From the NCBI GenBank assembly GCA_001600695.1, contig BCKQ01000001.1, forward strand, positions 2,423,520 to 2,487,519: a DNA stretch of 64,000 nt. Reading direction: 5' to 3'. The DNA is from Ascoidea asiatica JCM 7603. Taxonomy: Eukaryota > Fungi > Ascomycota. The position numbers and the translations under genes are program-made. Positions 9,701-20,100 of the stretch are shown piece after piece; the first letter of the stretch is position 1, and each line of letters opens with the position of its first letter. The notes beneath the pieces are model-generated. The model was given only the letters and a program-made list of their open reading frames with translations. It ran no database searches and had not been told where the DNA came from.

Positions 9701-12140
9701 ACAAAAAAGGTTAAAAGAGTTGGAAGAAGAAAACAAAAAGAAAGAAATTGAAAAAGAAAGAATACGCTTACTAAATGAACAAAAAGAAAAAGAAACTCAA
9801 GCAAAACTTCAAAAGATCAATAAAATGGTTTCTGAAAATGAACGAGCTCAAGTTATTAATAACAACAATCAATTAAATAAAGTATCGAATAAATCATTAA
9901 ATTCAAATAAATTTTTAGTTCCATCTGCTTCTCAATCACCTATTCATTTCAACAAAACCTCAAATGGTAACTCATACGTAAAAAAATCTTCTATTAATAT
10001 TCCTAATAGTTACGAAACAAAAAACTCTTCGAGCACTAGCGTTAACAATCAAGATATTTCTAGTAATAATGGGTATGCAAATAATATGAATATGATAGGC
10101 TGCAATTCACCTAACAATTTAAACATGAACTCAGCACATATCTCTCATTCCGAGAATATATTAGGTCCTTCTAATTTATCGCATCCGAACTCATCACATC
10201 CTAATTTATCAACAAATTTACAAATGAGTTATCCATCAAATTTTGGATTACAGTCGAATAATCAAACTAATTTAGGGCCTATGGTTATTTCTCATATATC
10301 TCAAAATCTACCGTCCATGTTACCATCAGGGGTCCAATCAAATTTTCAATCAAATGTTCAGATTAATTCCCAAAATATTACACCTTCCATTGATGCTAAT
10401 TCGCAGTCATCTTTATTAACCTCCAATTTACCTCCAGGACTTTCAACCTCTTCAACATCTAATTTACACTCCTCTTTATCCTCGGGAATTTCGACTAATT
10501 TGCAATCTAATTTGCAGTCTAATATGACAACAACATCAAATGTAAATTTAGGATCGACTTTATTACCAGTAAGCCAAACTCTTCAATCTAATATCCCTGG
10601 ACGTTCTCCTTTATTCAATGGTATCAATCTAAATTCTGTTAATATGAATAATAATCCTAATAATTCTATCAATTCCATCAATTCAAATAATTTTTTAAAT
10701 CTACCTAATTCCATGGATTCTACTAATTCTAATCAATCGATAAATTCTCTCAATCTTATCAATTCCATGAATCCCCTTGCAGGCTCTATGAATTCAATAA
10801 ATACTATGAATCCTATAAACCAGATGAATAATTCGACTACAAATAGCTTACTAGGATCTTCTAACTTAAATTTAAATCTAACTTCTTCCCCTTTAGTAGA
10901 AAAGTATGGTTTAAATAAAGTCTCAAGTGAAATTGCGTTACCAAATAATAATAATAATAATAATAATATCAATAATATCAATAATAATAATAATGATGCA
11001 ATTTGGGGAGCAGCTTCAAACGTAACAGTTCCTTCTAGTGCTAGTACTGCTACTACAAGAAGTTCCAGTATCCGAGATAGTCCAAATTTATATTCAATTG
11101 CTATTGGAAATACAGTAGGAAATAATGGGAATAATGATATTATAGGAGGAAATGTTGTTCATACACCAATTCGTAATAATACTAGTTTATTTTTTGGAAA
11201 TAACTCATCGCTTACGCCTAACAACAATTCAAGTAATAACGTGAATAACGTTAATAATCTTACTAATGGAACTAATAAATTAAGCACTTCAGTTTCAATT
11301 TCTGGATCTGGAACACCTATTAAAAGCGAAAATAATAACATTTGGGGAAACAACCTAAATAATATTAATAATCTCAATAATGTTAATAATATTGGAAACA
11401 TTAATTTAAATACTCCAACTAATGGAATCACTGGTAATTTTAATTTTGCCAACAGCTTCAATAATAATTTTAATAATAACCTCAATCTTAGGTCAAATTC
11501 TCTATGGGGTAGCGAATTAAGTAATAATAGTAATACTAATAATATCACTAATACTAATAAAAATACTAATAGTAATAATGGTAATGTTAATACTAGTACT
11601 AATAACAATACTAATATTCATAATAATAATAATAGCAATAGTAATATTCATAATAATGTTAATATTCATAATAACAGTAATACTAGTAATAATGGCAATA
11701 ACAGTAGTGGATCCATCTGGGGAGGTTCTTCCAATAATTTGAGTAATAATCTATCAGGTGTTTCAAGTGGATATTTCAAGAACAGTTTAGATCTTGAAAC
11801 AAATAATTCAATTGGAAGTAATGATATTCTAAAAAGAGATATTGGAAGCAATAAAGTTAGTAGTGATGATAATCGTGGCGAGGAGTTGTTAATGAATAAA
11901 ATCTTTGAAGCGTATGAATTATTAAATCAAAGTAATAATGTTGAAAATGGATGGGTTCAAAGCCAGAATTTATTCCAAACAACAAGAAATTTATCCAATA
12001 TTGGTGGATTGACATTGAGTGGTTTTGCATCAATAATTGTCAATCAAGGGAATAATAATAATAATAAATATAATATTAGTTATCATCCTATAAATGGACC
12101 AATCTCTCATATAAAAGTTGAATTGAGAAGGAGATTTTAG
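6780..12140 (+). CDS. NST1: stress-response protein Nst1 (1786 aa, largely low complexity)
   Basis: N-terminal poly-K and DYPTSR motif, IKQFWFDL..KKRQLINIDKETIL, CQCCGR, DDGKRFIEIIEK, acidic tract, long E/K/R coiled coil and Asn-rich C-terminus. Lies directly upstream of RHO2, as in S. cerevisiae. Confidence 0.85.
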   Translation: MDHSSLNDSKYISGDTIHFDYNQSTNINNSDNISTKSKKKKKKKSKNKKLSNSIDQSIQSIESNQSNQIIQNDIDLDSDYPTSRTISKDLNGDILIKGFSDLNLNTKLNQSINSDNDSIWNLNLNSKQEVQKIKQFWFDLPIKKKRQLINIDKETILKTLSNSSFNNLSSLNSLNSLNPLNSNDLNSSTNNNNNNNIHNSNNNKGTNNINNSQLVSQNNNQNQISNSKNNNDVEKNINKFINNTCQCCGRDTSIIQEEMNLFIQSCCKPNNKLNSNFNSNFNSNFNSNFNSNFNFNLKIPNLKDINNQVNIINQNSKIPSHSFTSQDTFNALSSLQSQMKIPSQLISQSQTKFQSLNNQNSPQIQSSHQLQNQNQNKTNNQSLMKSQTKSQNPSQNPSQNQSQISNQNTDQRIKSQRNKQNNRFNSINDDLSVNVNSFRNFFQTFFPQDQPALKNVVEDLAQDDGKRFIEIIEKITDAKVFEENSVTIQSNNSNNQTVKLSLNNNINNITNELNNNNSNNNRISKLDQNLLDKYSIIEEIKNDEINKIIADLNPDVDSDDEDEQSDYEGINNQTNSSNYDSNVCGISSQPGITNEIDDDDDDDEDDDDEEVEEDDDDEEEDDENHDYDNYQCNDSEEEYEDYDGEDEIDQLSNENEHNHNHNHTHNHDHDIDHIHNHNHNHSDEYFVCPHHGTHRVRDAITENDEEYEDEDDEDEDDDDDEEEEEEEEEEEDDDDDQEEEDDDDDNDDGKESRSYDNQQNLNRHHNRSQPIPLTPGQIALENQLRYNEGKNIIQLIVSKVFKERLIKEFRLKMAEERQNLFVQELEEEERQKSLREAKKQKDKDRKRLKKLEKKQLAEEERKKKEAARLELERKREEELKQKTEEGRKRKEIERQKRAEEKKKILERKRENERIRKEKEEKKRKEAEEKRRNELETKRKIQEEIRLAKLKEEQERKRKKEEQERKRQEELKIQQQKRLKELEEENKKKEIEKERIRLLNEQKEKETQAKLQKINKMVSENERAQVINNNNQLNKVSNKSLNSNKFLVPSASQSPIHFNKTSNGNSYVKKSSINIPNSYETKNSSSTSVNNQDISSNNGYANNMNMIGCNSPNNLNMNSAHISHSENILGPSNLSHPNSSHPNLSTNLQMSYPSNFGLQSNNQTNLGPMVISHISQNLPSMLPSGVQSNFQSNVQINSQNITPSIDANSQSSLLTSNLPPGLSTSSTSNLHSSLSSGISTNLQSNLQSNMTTTSNVNLGSTLLPVSQTLQSNIPGRSPLFNGINLNSVNMNNNPNNSINSINSNNFLNLPNSMDSTNSNQSINSLNLINSMNPLAGSMNSINTMNPINQMNNSTTNSLLGSSNLNLNLTSSPLVEKYGLNKVSSEIALPNNNNNNNNINNINNNNNDAIWGAASNVTVPSSASTATTRSSSIRDSPNLYSIAIGNTVGNNGNNDIIGGNVVHTPIRNNTSLFFGNNSSLTPNNNSSNNVNNVNNLTNGTNKLSTSVSISGSGTPIKSENNNIWGNNLNNINNLNNVNNIGNINLNTPTNGITGNFNFANSFNNNFNNNLNLRSNSLWGSELSNNSNTNNITNTNKNTNSNNGNVNTSTNNNTNIHNNNNSNSNIHNNVNIHNNSNTSNNGNNSSGSIWGGSSNNLSNNLSGVSSGYFKNSLDLETNNSIGSNDILKRDIGSNKVSSDDNRGEELLMNKIFEAYELLNQSNNVENGWVQSQNLFQTTRNLSNIGGLTLSGFASIIVNQGNNNNNKYNISYHPINGPISHIKVELRRRF
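7599..7658 (+). repeat. coding 12-bp minisatellite (AATTCAAATTTT, about 5 copies) encoding NSNF in NST1
   Basis: Direct inspection. Confidence 0.85.
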
Positions 12141-13299
12141 ATTAAGTGATGAATTCATCAATGTGTTTTTCACCTTGATGCTTTTTTCATCTTTGAATCA
12201 GTCATTTGGTTGTTTGTTTTTTATTTAACAGTTAGTCACTGTGATCTTGTGTTTTTAAGTTTTATCAATTTTTGTTTTATTGATTTCTTTTTTAGTGTTT
12301 TAAAAAAAATTATTATACTGTATATTCAACTTCATTTTTATTTTAAAAAAAAAAAAATTAAAATTTCATTTTGCATTCTTAAAACTTTTATTCTCTCATA
12401 TTTTAACTTCTGTAATGGCAGTATAATCAACCTATTTTTGTGTTCTTACTAAAAGAGACCTTTATTTCATCCAAAAATTTCGGGTTTATCACCTGTACCT
12501 GCTGGCCGGTTAAATTCCGGGGCGCTTATAAACGACCAATATAAATGTGTTTTATTTCCCAAAATTCTAGGGGCCTTGTTTAGTGGGTAGTTTGGCGAGT
12601 GCTAACTCTGTGCGTAACGTTGTTGAGGGTTACAGTCACTAGCAACTGGGACCCACCCCCAGCAGCTACCAGTTCTCTGGCTACCAATCTTGAGCAAATC
12701 GAGGATGGATTTTTTTGATAGCTTCCTGCATGAGTATTTTTATTTTTAGAGGCATACATTAATAGATTTTTAAATAATCTGGAAAATACGTACGTAGCGG
12801 AAAGTGGTGTAAGAATAATTAAAGTCATAAATCTTTATCACTTCTGGTGTAATTATTAAAATCACTAAAAATAATCAGATAATTAAATAATCAAATAATA
12901 ATTATTATATAATCTATTAAAGCAATAGATCCAATAAAAATAGTAACGCTAGTTTCAAAAAAGTGGATTGACTAAATCCTATTAATAATCATTTCCGAAC
13001 ATTATAATCTTTTTTTAAAACACTATAGAATTTTATACTATTATTCAACTAGTTTTTTTAATTTCACTTCTAAGTTCTATTATTCTTTTTTGGTATTAAT
13101 ATTGGTTCTATTTTCCAGTTTATGAATCTATTATTATTAATTAAGTTTTAAATCGTCGATTAAATCACTAAGTGCATCATTTACAAACAATAAAAGGAAT
13201 TGTAATTTATTATAGACATTTTGTTATAAACGTATTGTTTTATTGGTTCTTCACTAATAGATTTGTAATTATATTTATATATATATTATCTTACATAAA

Positions 13300-13863
13300 A
13301 TGTCTGAAAGTATAATAAGAAGAAAAATAGTTATAGTAGGTGATGGGGCCTGTGGTAAAACTTCTTTATTATATGTTTTTACTTTAGGGAAATTTCCTAC
13401 TGAATATCATCCAACAGTTTTTGAAAATTATGTAACTGATTGTAGAGTTGATGGTAAAGCAGTTCAATTAGCATTATGGGATACTGCTGGTCAAGAAGAA
13501 TATGAACGATTAAGACCTTTATCTTATTCAAAAGCGCATGTTGTATTAATAGGATTTTCAATAGATGTGCCAGATTCTTTAGAAAATGCTGGTACAAAAT
13601 GGTTTGAAGAAGTAACTGCAAATTGTAGGGGAGTACCAATAATATTAGTTGGTTTAAAAAAAGATTTAAGATTAAGTGATAAAGATCCAAGATATGTTCA
13701 ATTTAGACAAGGAGATAATATCTCAAAAACAATTGGTGCACGAAGATATGTTGAATGTAGTGCTTTAACTGGTGAAGGAGTAGATGATGTATTTGAAATT
13801 GCAACAAGAACTAGTTTAATCGTAACGGAATCTAATAACTCTTCATGTTGCACCATTCTCTGA
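13300..13863 (+). CDS. RHO2: Rho2 small GTPase
   Basis: [40 protein letters not shown] is the Rho2 signature. C-terminal CCTIL (palmitoylation plus CaaX). Confidence 0.96.
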   Translation: MSESIIRRKIVIVGDGACGKTSLLYVFTLGKFPTEYHPTVFENYVTDCRVDGKAVQLALWDTAGQEEYERLRPLSYSKAHVVLIGFSIDVPDSLENAGTKWFEEVTANCRGVPIILVGLKKDLRLSDKDPRYVQFRQGDNISKTIGARRYVECSALTGEGVDDVFEIATRTSLIVTESNNSSCCTIL

Positions 13864-14817
13864 TGTTAATTATATCATTCGAAAATCATCAATATTTACC
13901 ATTTTCAAAGTCATACTCTCTGACATTATCAATGACGAATATTTCAATTAATCGTTCATTCAATCAATCAAATAAGCCATCAAAATTATTAAATTATCAA
14001 GCAGTTCTAATAAATTAATCAATTAAAAGTTCTCTCATTCCATCATTTTCTCTATCTCTTACGTTGTTTATTTTCATATATCTAATCTTTTGCATTTTAT
14101 TTTTGTTAACTTAAGTTTCTTTCAACTCTATTTCAACTTATTTAACTTGAAACTAATTTTTATTTATATAATTGTTATTTTTATAGTTTTTATATTTTTT
14201 TTTATAGTTTTTACTGTTTTTGCTGTTTTTCTTATAATTGTTATTCTTATTGTTATCGTTTAAATCTGTTATTTTTTTTATACTGTTACTTTTTTTTGCT
14301 TATTGCCCTTCCCCCCCCCCCCACCATCATTGTACTGAATGTCTGTCTGGTTTTCTGTCTATCACTTCACCATAATTATACTGTAATTAACCTTTCAATA
14401 AACATTTCAATTAACATTTCAATTAACATTTTACTAAATTTTTCATAGTTTCAATTATCAATGACCATAATATCTAATAGATTCTTGCTTTAAGTTCTTG
14501 TAATTCCTGTAATTAGCTTATATTAACAGAATTTTTTACCGTACTATTTTGAGTAATTCTAAAATTTGATTGGAAAAATTAACAAATTTTCTTACACCAC
14601 TTAAAAAAACCTTCGTTGTTAGTGCTATTATTTACGCAGTAATGTGTAATTTACAGTATGCATTTATTTAATATTTTCCATTTTAAAGGGGTTTTTATTT
14701 TTGTTTTCAGTCAAAGTAAATTATCTATTACTTTAACGTTCTAATAAATACAGGTCTGTGTTTTTTTATTGTGGTAGTTAAAGGGAAAAATGAAAAAAAC
14801 GAGTTTTTACAGGCAAA

Positions 14818-14828
14818 AAAATTTTTCA
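14818..14828. promoter_or_regulatory. RRPE-like element (AAAATTTTTCA) about 180 bp upstream of SSB
   Basis: Matches the ribosome-biogenesis RRPE consensus and precedes a ribosome-associated chaperone gene. The AT-rich background lowers specificity. Confidence 0.5.
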
Positions 14829-15008
14829 CTTTCATTGCCAACTCCTTTATCCTTTCTACACTATATTTTTCCATCTATAAATCTAACGAACATAATAAAA
14901 TTGATTTAACATTTATATCTAAAAATTTCTTCTCTTTAATATATTTTAAATAACTGTAGTTAAAATATAACATTTTTTGAAAAAAAATTATAATAATAGG
15001 AAGATAAA

Positions 15009-16850
15009 ATGGCTGAAGGTACATTTCCAGGTGCTATTGGTATTGATTTAGGTACAACCTATTCATGTGTAGCAACTTATGATTCTGCTGTTGAAATCAT
15101 TGCAAATGAACAAGGTAATCGTGTTACTCCTTCATTTGTTGCTTTCACCCCAGAAGAAAGATTAATTGGTGATGCAGCCAAAAATCAAGCAGCTTTAAAT
15201 CCAAAAAATACCGTTTTTGATGCTAAACGTTTAATCGGTAGAAGATTTGATGACCCAGCTGTTCAAAAAGATATCAAAACATGGCCATTTACCGTTATTG
15301 ATTCTAATGGTTCTCCTTTAATTGAAGTTTCTTATTTAGGTGAAAATAAAACCTTTTCTCCACAAGAAATTTCTTCAATGGTTTTAACAAAAATGAAAGA
15401 AATTGCTGAAGCTAAAATAGGTAAAAAAGTTGAAAAAGCTGTTATTACTGTCCCAGCTTATTTCAATGATGCTCAAAGACAAGCTACCAAAGATGCTGGT
15501 GCAATTTCTGGTTTAGACGTTTTAAGAATCATTAATGAACCAACTGCTGCTGCCATTGCTTATGGTTTAGGTGCAGGTAAATCTGACAAAGAAAGACATG
15601 TTTTAATTTTTGATTTAGGTGGAGGAACCTTCGATGTTTCTCTTTTACATATTGCTGGTGGTGTTTTCACTGTTAAAGCTACTAATGGTGATACCCATTT
15701 AGGTGGTCAAGATTTCGATACTAATTTATTAGATTATTTCCAAAAAGATTTTAAAAAGAAAACTGGTGCAGATATTTCAAAAGATTCTAGAGCTTTGCGT
15801 CGTTTAAGAACTGCTTGTGAAAGAGCAAAAAGAACTTTATCTTCCGTTGCTCAAACAACTGTTGAAGTTGATTCCTTATTTGATGGTGAAGATTTCAGTG
15901 CCAATATTACAAGAGCTAGATTTGAAGATATTAATTCTGCTTTATTCAAAGCTACTTTAGAACCTGTTGAGCAAGTTTTAAAAGATGCAAAAATTTCAAA
16001 ATCAAAAGTTGACGAAGTCGTCTTAGTTGGTGGTTCTACTAGAATTCCTAAAGTTCAAAAATTATTATCAGATTTTTTTGATGGTAAACAATTAGAAAAA
16101 TCTATTAACCCTGATGAAGCTGTCGCTTATGGTGCTGCTGTTCAAGGTGCCATTTTAACTGGGCAATCTACAAATGATGAAACCAAAGATTTATTATTAT
16201 TAGATGTTTGTCCATTATCTTTAGGTGTAGCTATGGAAGGTAATATTTTTGCTCCTGTTGTTCCAAGAAATACAACTGTTCCAACAATCAAACGTAGAAC
16301 TTTTACCACTGTTGCTGATCATCAAACCACCGTTCAATTTCCAGTCTATCAAGGTGAACGTGTTAACTGTGCTGAAAATACTTTGTTAGGTGAATTTGAC
16401 TTAAAAGGAATCCCTCCTATGTCTGCTGGAGAACCTGTTTTGGAAGCCATTTTTGAAGTTGATGCAAATGGTATTTTAAAAGTTACAGCTGTTGAAAAAT
16501 CAACTGGTAGATCTGCCAATATTACTATATCAAATGCTGTAGGAAGATTATCCAGTGAAGATATTGAAAAAATGATTGATGATGCCGAAAAATTCAAAAG
16601 TTCTGATGAATCTTTTGCCAAACGTCATGAAGCTAAGCAACGTTTAGAATCATATGTTGCTTCAATTGAATCAACTATTACCGATCCAGTTTTATCATCA
16701 AAATTGAAACGTGGTAATAAAAACAGAATTGAAAATGCCCTATCTGATGCTTTAGCTGCTTTAGAAATTGAAGATTCATCCGCTGAAGATTTCCGTAAAG
16801 CTGAATTAGGACTCAAGCGTGTCGTAACTAAAGCTATGTCATCTCGTTAA
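15009..16850 (+). CDS. SSB1: ribosome-associated Hsp70 Ssb
   Basis: [19 protein letters not shown]...; 613 aa; ends [12 protein letters not shown] with no EEVD, typical of Ssb1/2. Strongly biased codon usage. Confidence 0.97.
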   Translation: MAEGTFPGAIGIDLGTTYSCVATYDSAVEIIANEQGNRVTPSFVAFTPEERLIGDAAKNQAALNPKNTVFDAKRLIGRRFDDPAVQKDIKTWPFTVIDSNGSPLIEVSYLGENKTFSPQEISSMVLTKMKEIAEAKIGKKVEKAVITVPAYFNDAQRQATKDAGAISGLDVLRIINEPTAAAIAYGLGAGKSDKERHVLIFDLGGGTFDVSLLHIAGGVFTVKATNGDTHLGGQDFDTNLLDYFQKDFKKKTGADISKDSRALRRLRTACERAKRTLSSVAQTTVEVDSLFDGEDFSANITRARFEDINSALFKATLEPVEQVLKDAKISKSKVDEVVLVGGSTRIPKVQKLLSDFFDGKQLEKSINPDEAVAYGAAVQGAILTGQSTNDETKDLLLLDVCPLSLGVAMEGNIFAPVVPRNTTVPTIKRRTFTTVADHQTTVQFPVYQGERVNCAENTLLGEFDLKGIPPMSAGEPVLEAIFEVDANGILKVTAVEKSTGRSANITISNAVGRLSSEDIEKMIDDAEKFKSSDESFAKRHEAKQRLESYVASIESTITDPVLSSKLKRGNKNRIENALSDALAALEIEDSSAEDFRKAELGLKRVVTKAMSSR

Positions 16851-17148
16851 GTTATTTAAATAATTTTGAAAACTCCTCAAAACCCAATTAATATTAGCTA
16901 TATATATATATTTCAGTCAATGTGCTATATGAAAAGTATATTTAGTTAATTTAATGCCCCTCCTTATACAATAAATTTTTTAAAGAAAAAATAAATAAAT
17001 TGGAAAAGGTTTCTGTGTAGAATAATTTTTTTACTTAGCCGTATAATTATATAAAAAAAAAACTGAAAAGTTGATTTTTTTGATCAATATGTAGTTCGTG
17101 TAACTTTTGTAAATTATAGAACTATTCATATTTGAAAAGTACAAAAAT

Positions 17149-20100
17149 TTATGTTATTGAATTATTTTGAGATTCCTGTTCAACAAATTGCATTTCCTCA
17201 ATAATCTCTATGGTGCTATCCTCTCCATAATTAACACCATATGAGCCCAATAATGGTAATTTCCCATCTGTGAAACTCTGGATAAGTGACAAGCGCTGTT
17301 TTTCTCCCAATCTCGAGAGCGGAAAATCTTCCTTTGAAGTAAAAGCAATGATATCTAAAATCAAGTGATTAGCATTTAAAACTTTTGAAAAAATAACCGG
17401 CACTAAAGAAGACTGATACTTTTTTCTTTTTGTAGAGCAAACGGCAATTGCATACCCATCGCATTTAAAGACACAAGCAAAAAAAATATCTGGATGAGAT
17501 GTCTCAATAGTGTGTTCAACATCGACTGCAAAATGGTGTAATCCTAAAGAATCGAAAGTTTCAGCTATACTTCCAAGTACGTATAACAATTGTAAATTCA
17601 TAGAATTTCCATTGTATGCTGTTTGCGTTATATTATGAATAAACCCTAGATCTCCAGTTCTAAAATACGAGAAATTATTTTCAGAGTTTTTTATTTTAGC
17701 ACCCAACATATCTTTGAGAAATGGATCAGTTTTTTTTTTAGAACCATCGATGAGTCCTGAAGCATTCCCTTCGGAATGAACCCATATTTCACCGTATTCA
17801 CCAACTTTGCATAATTCCAAGGTTTCTGGATTTACAATGGAAACTTGTGTGCAAGAAAAAACACACCCAGAATCTTGAACTCTGATGCCATCGGAGAAAG
17901 TTGATGGATTAACCAATGAAACAAATCCTTGCCTTAAAGCTATAGGATCTAACCATAATTCAACTGGTTCAGTATTCAAATAAGAACGGCAAGCAATCAT
18001 AGGATTGAATTTATGAGAATAAACATTACTAATATGAAAATTAGAGCTAGGAAAAAAACTTTTGAAATTTTTCATCAAGCTCTGATGTGGTCGAGATTCA
18101 TATGCCACCATTAAATTTTCAAGATTATTTAGAGTTAACTGTTTAGAAGGACTTGAAAAATGAATTAAATGAGAAATCATCTGAGGAGTCACAAAAACAT
18201 CTTTGACCTTATAATTTTGTATTGCTGAAAAAAAAAGATTTGGTGATCTATAATAGTCGGTCGGTAAATAAAGATATGTTGAGGATCCCAAATACACTCC
18301 AATTAAAGAACTTTGAATCATTCCAAGACCAGATACATGCCTAGCACAAGCCAAAATTGAATTAGAGCTTGTTAATCTGCAAGTCTCCTTGAATATTTTG
18401 CATATTGCCATCAAAGTAGCATGGTTATATTTGACACCAATTCTTTTATTATCGGCTGTCCAATTTAAACATACTAATACTGTTGTGGATTCATTTCTAT
18501 AATCAAACTTCTTTTGAAACAAAGCCATTTTAGACCTTATGGAAGCAGGCAGAACGGTTTTATATTTCGAGGTATTTTTTATTTTTGGTAATTTAGAAGT
18601 ATAAGATAGTTTTTTTAGCTCTTTCGAAATTTGTTTCAACTTGAAAATTTGTTCCGCATCGTTATTTACAAAAATCATTTTAACATTAAAATCCTTAACA
18701 ACATCCATAAAGGCTTTCACATCTTCTTCAATAAGATTTGAATCTAGGGGAAGCATCGGTATTGGGACAACTCCTGACAAAAAACAAGCAAATAATGCTA
18801 TTACAAAATCCTCTGAAATATTATACATTAAAATGATTGAATCTCCTGGTTTTAGAAGAGACTTGAACAAAATATAGTAACAAACAGATGCTATTTTCTG
18901 ATCAAATTTTTTCCAAGAGCAATCTCTGGTTCTATGAGCATCTAATATGGTTGCAAATGCTAGATTATCTGGATGGTTTACTACTCTCCATCTTAAAAGG
19001 TCTACTAAGGTCTTAAAATCAGTTAAAGGTGCATTGGTTCGATCATCTATCGATACATTACAGACATCAAGTCCAGTGAATTGTTGTTCAGAATTTTCTA
19101 AAACTTCAGCACGAACTCTAGCAGAAAAAGACGACCAAATTCCTCCTCGGATATCTCTACCATAAGGAATGTTGCTTATCGCTTTACTGAAGTTGAATTT
19201 GACATATGCAGCTTTTAGGGCCCCATTTATAAATCTCGTTTGGCACAGTCTATTTGCTATGTCTTTCTGACCATTTTTATAAATTCGAGGTAAGGCGTTA
19301 GAAGGAGTTATCAAAATGCAATATAATCTAACATTATGAGCTTTTTCAATAAGTTCAAAACACTGATCAGAAAGTATATCTAGCTCTGGATAATTAATAC
19401 CGGAATTTGCAATAGCCACATTGGTTTTAGGCAAAGCAAGTCTTGTTTCTATGCATGCAGCAGGTAAACTTTCACCATTTATTGTTATGTTAAAAATTGA
19501 GCATTCCGATATAAAATTGAACTTTCTAAACAAAGTATGATTTATATGTTCAATGTAATGATATCTGTAACCATTTGCACTAAAGGCATCACTCTTATTA
19601 TTTGTAGAAGAAACTTTACTTAAGAGGCTATCTTGACGATATGGAAATGTTGAGCCAGTTGCATTATTACTTAAAGGTCTTGAAATCATCAGTCCTGAAC
19701 TATTTTCTCTTGTTGGATTTACCAAATTGTTTCCGGTATCAGAAGAAGGAACGCTCGAATCAGGGTATCCATATTTATCCTTAAATAGCTTTTTATCTAT
19801 CCAGGAAACTTTTTGCCTAAATCTATCTTCATATAATCCTAAAACAAAAACTTTTCCATTATAAAGAAAGCCTAAAAGGCCCGTTCTCAAAAATTCTAGA
19901 TTCAATTGTCCCTGATAATCATTACATTTAGCTAAGAATAAGCTTTGTGTTTCAGCAGAATTATCCCAAAACCCACCAGGGAATGAAGGACTATCAACCC
20001 AAATTTCCCCAACTTCCATGAGGGCAGATAACACCTTTGTTTCTGGATTTACCATTGCTAAAGTGGTATCTGGTAATGGAAAGCCGAAAGAGCATACCCT

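Noticed and set aside
7169-11851. Many antisense or alternate-frame ORFs inside NST1 (likewise in SSB, DIP2, IDH1, CAT8, ACC1 and the GPI gene)
   Set aside because: Shadows of trinucleotide repeats and biased codon usage (poly-L/I/F/H products) with no independent coding signal.
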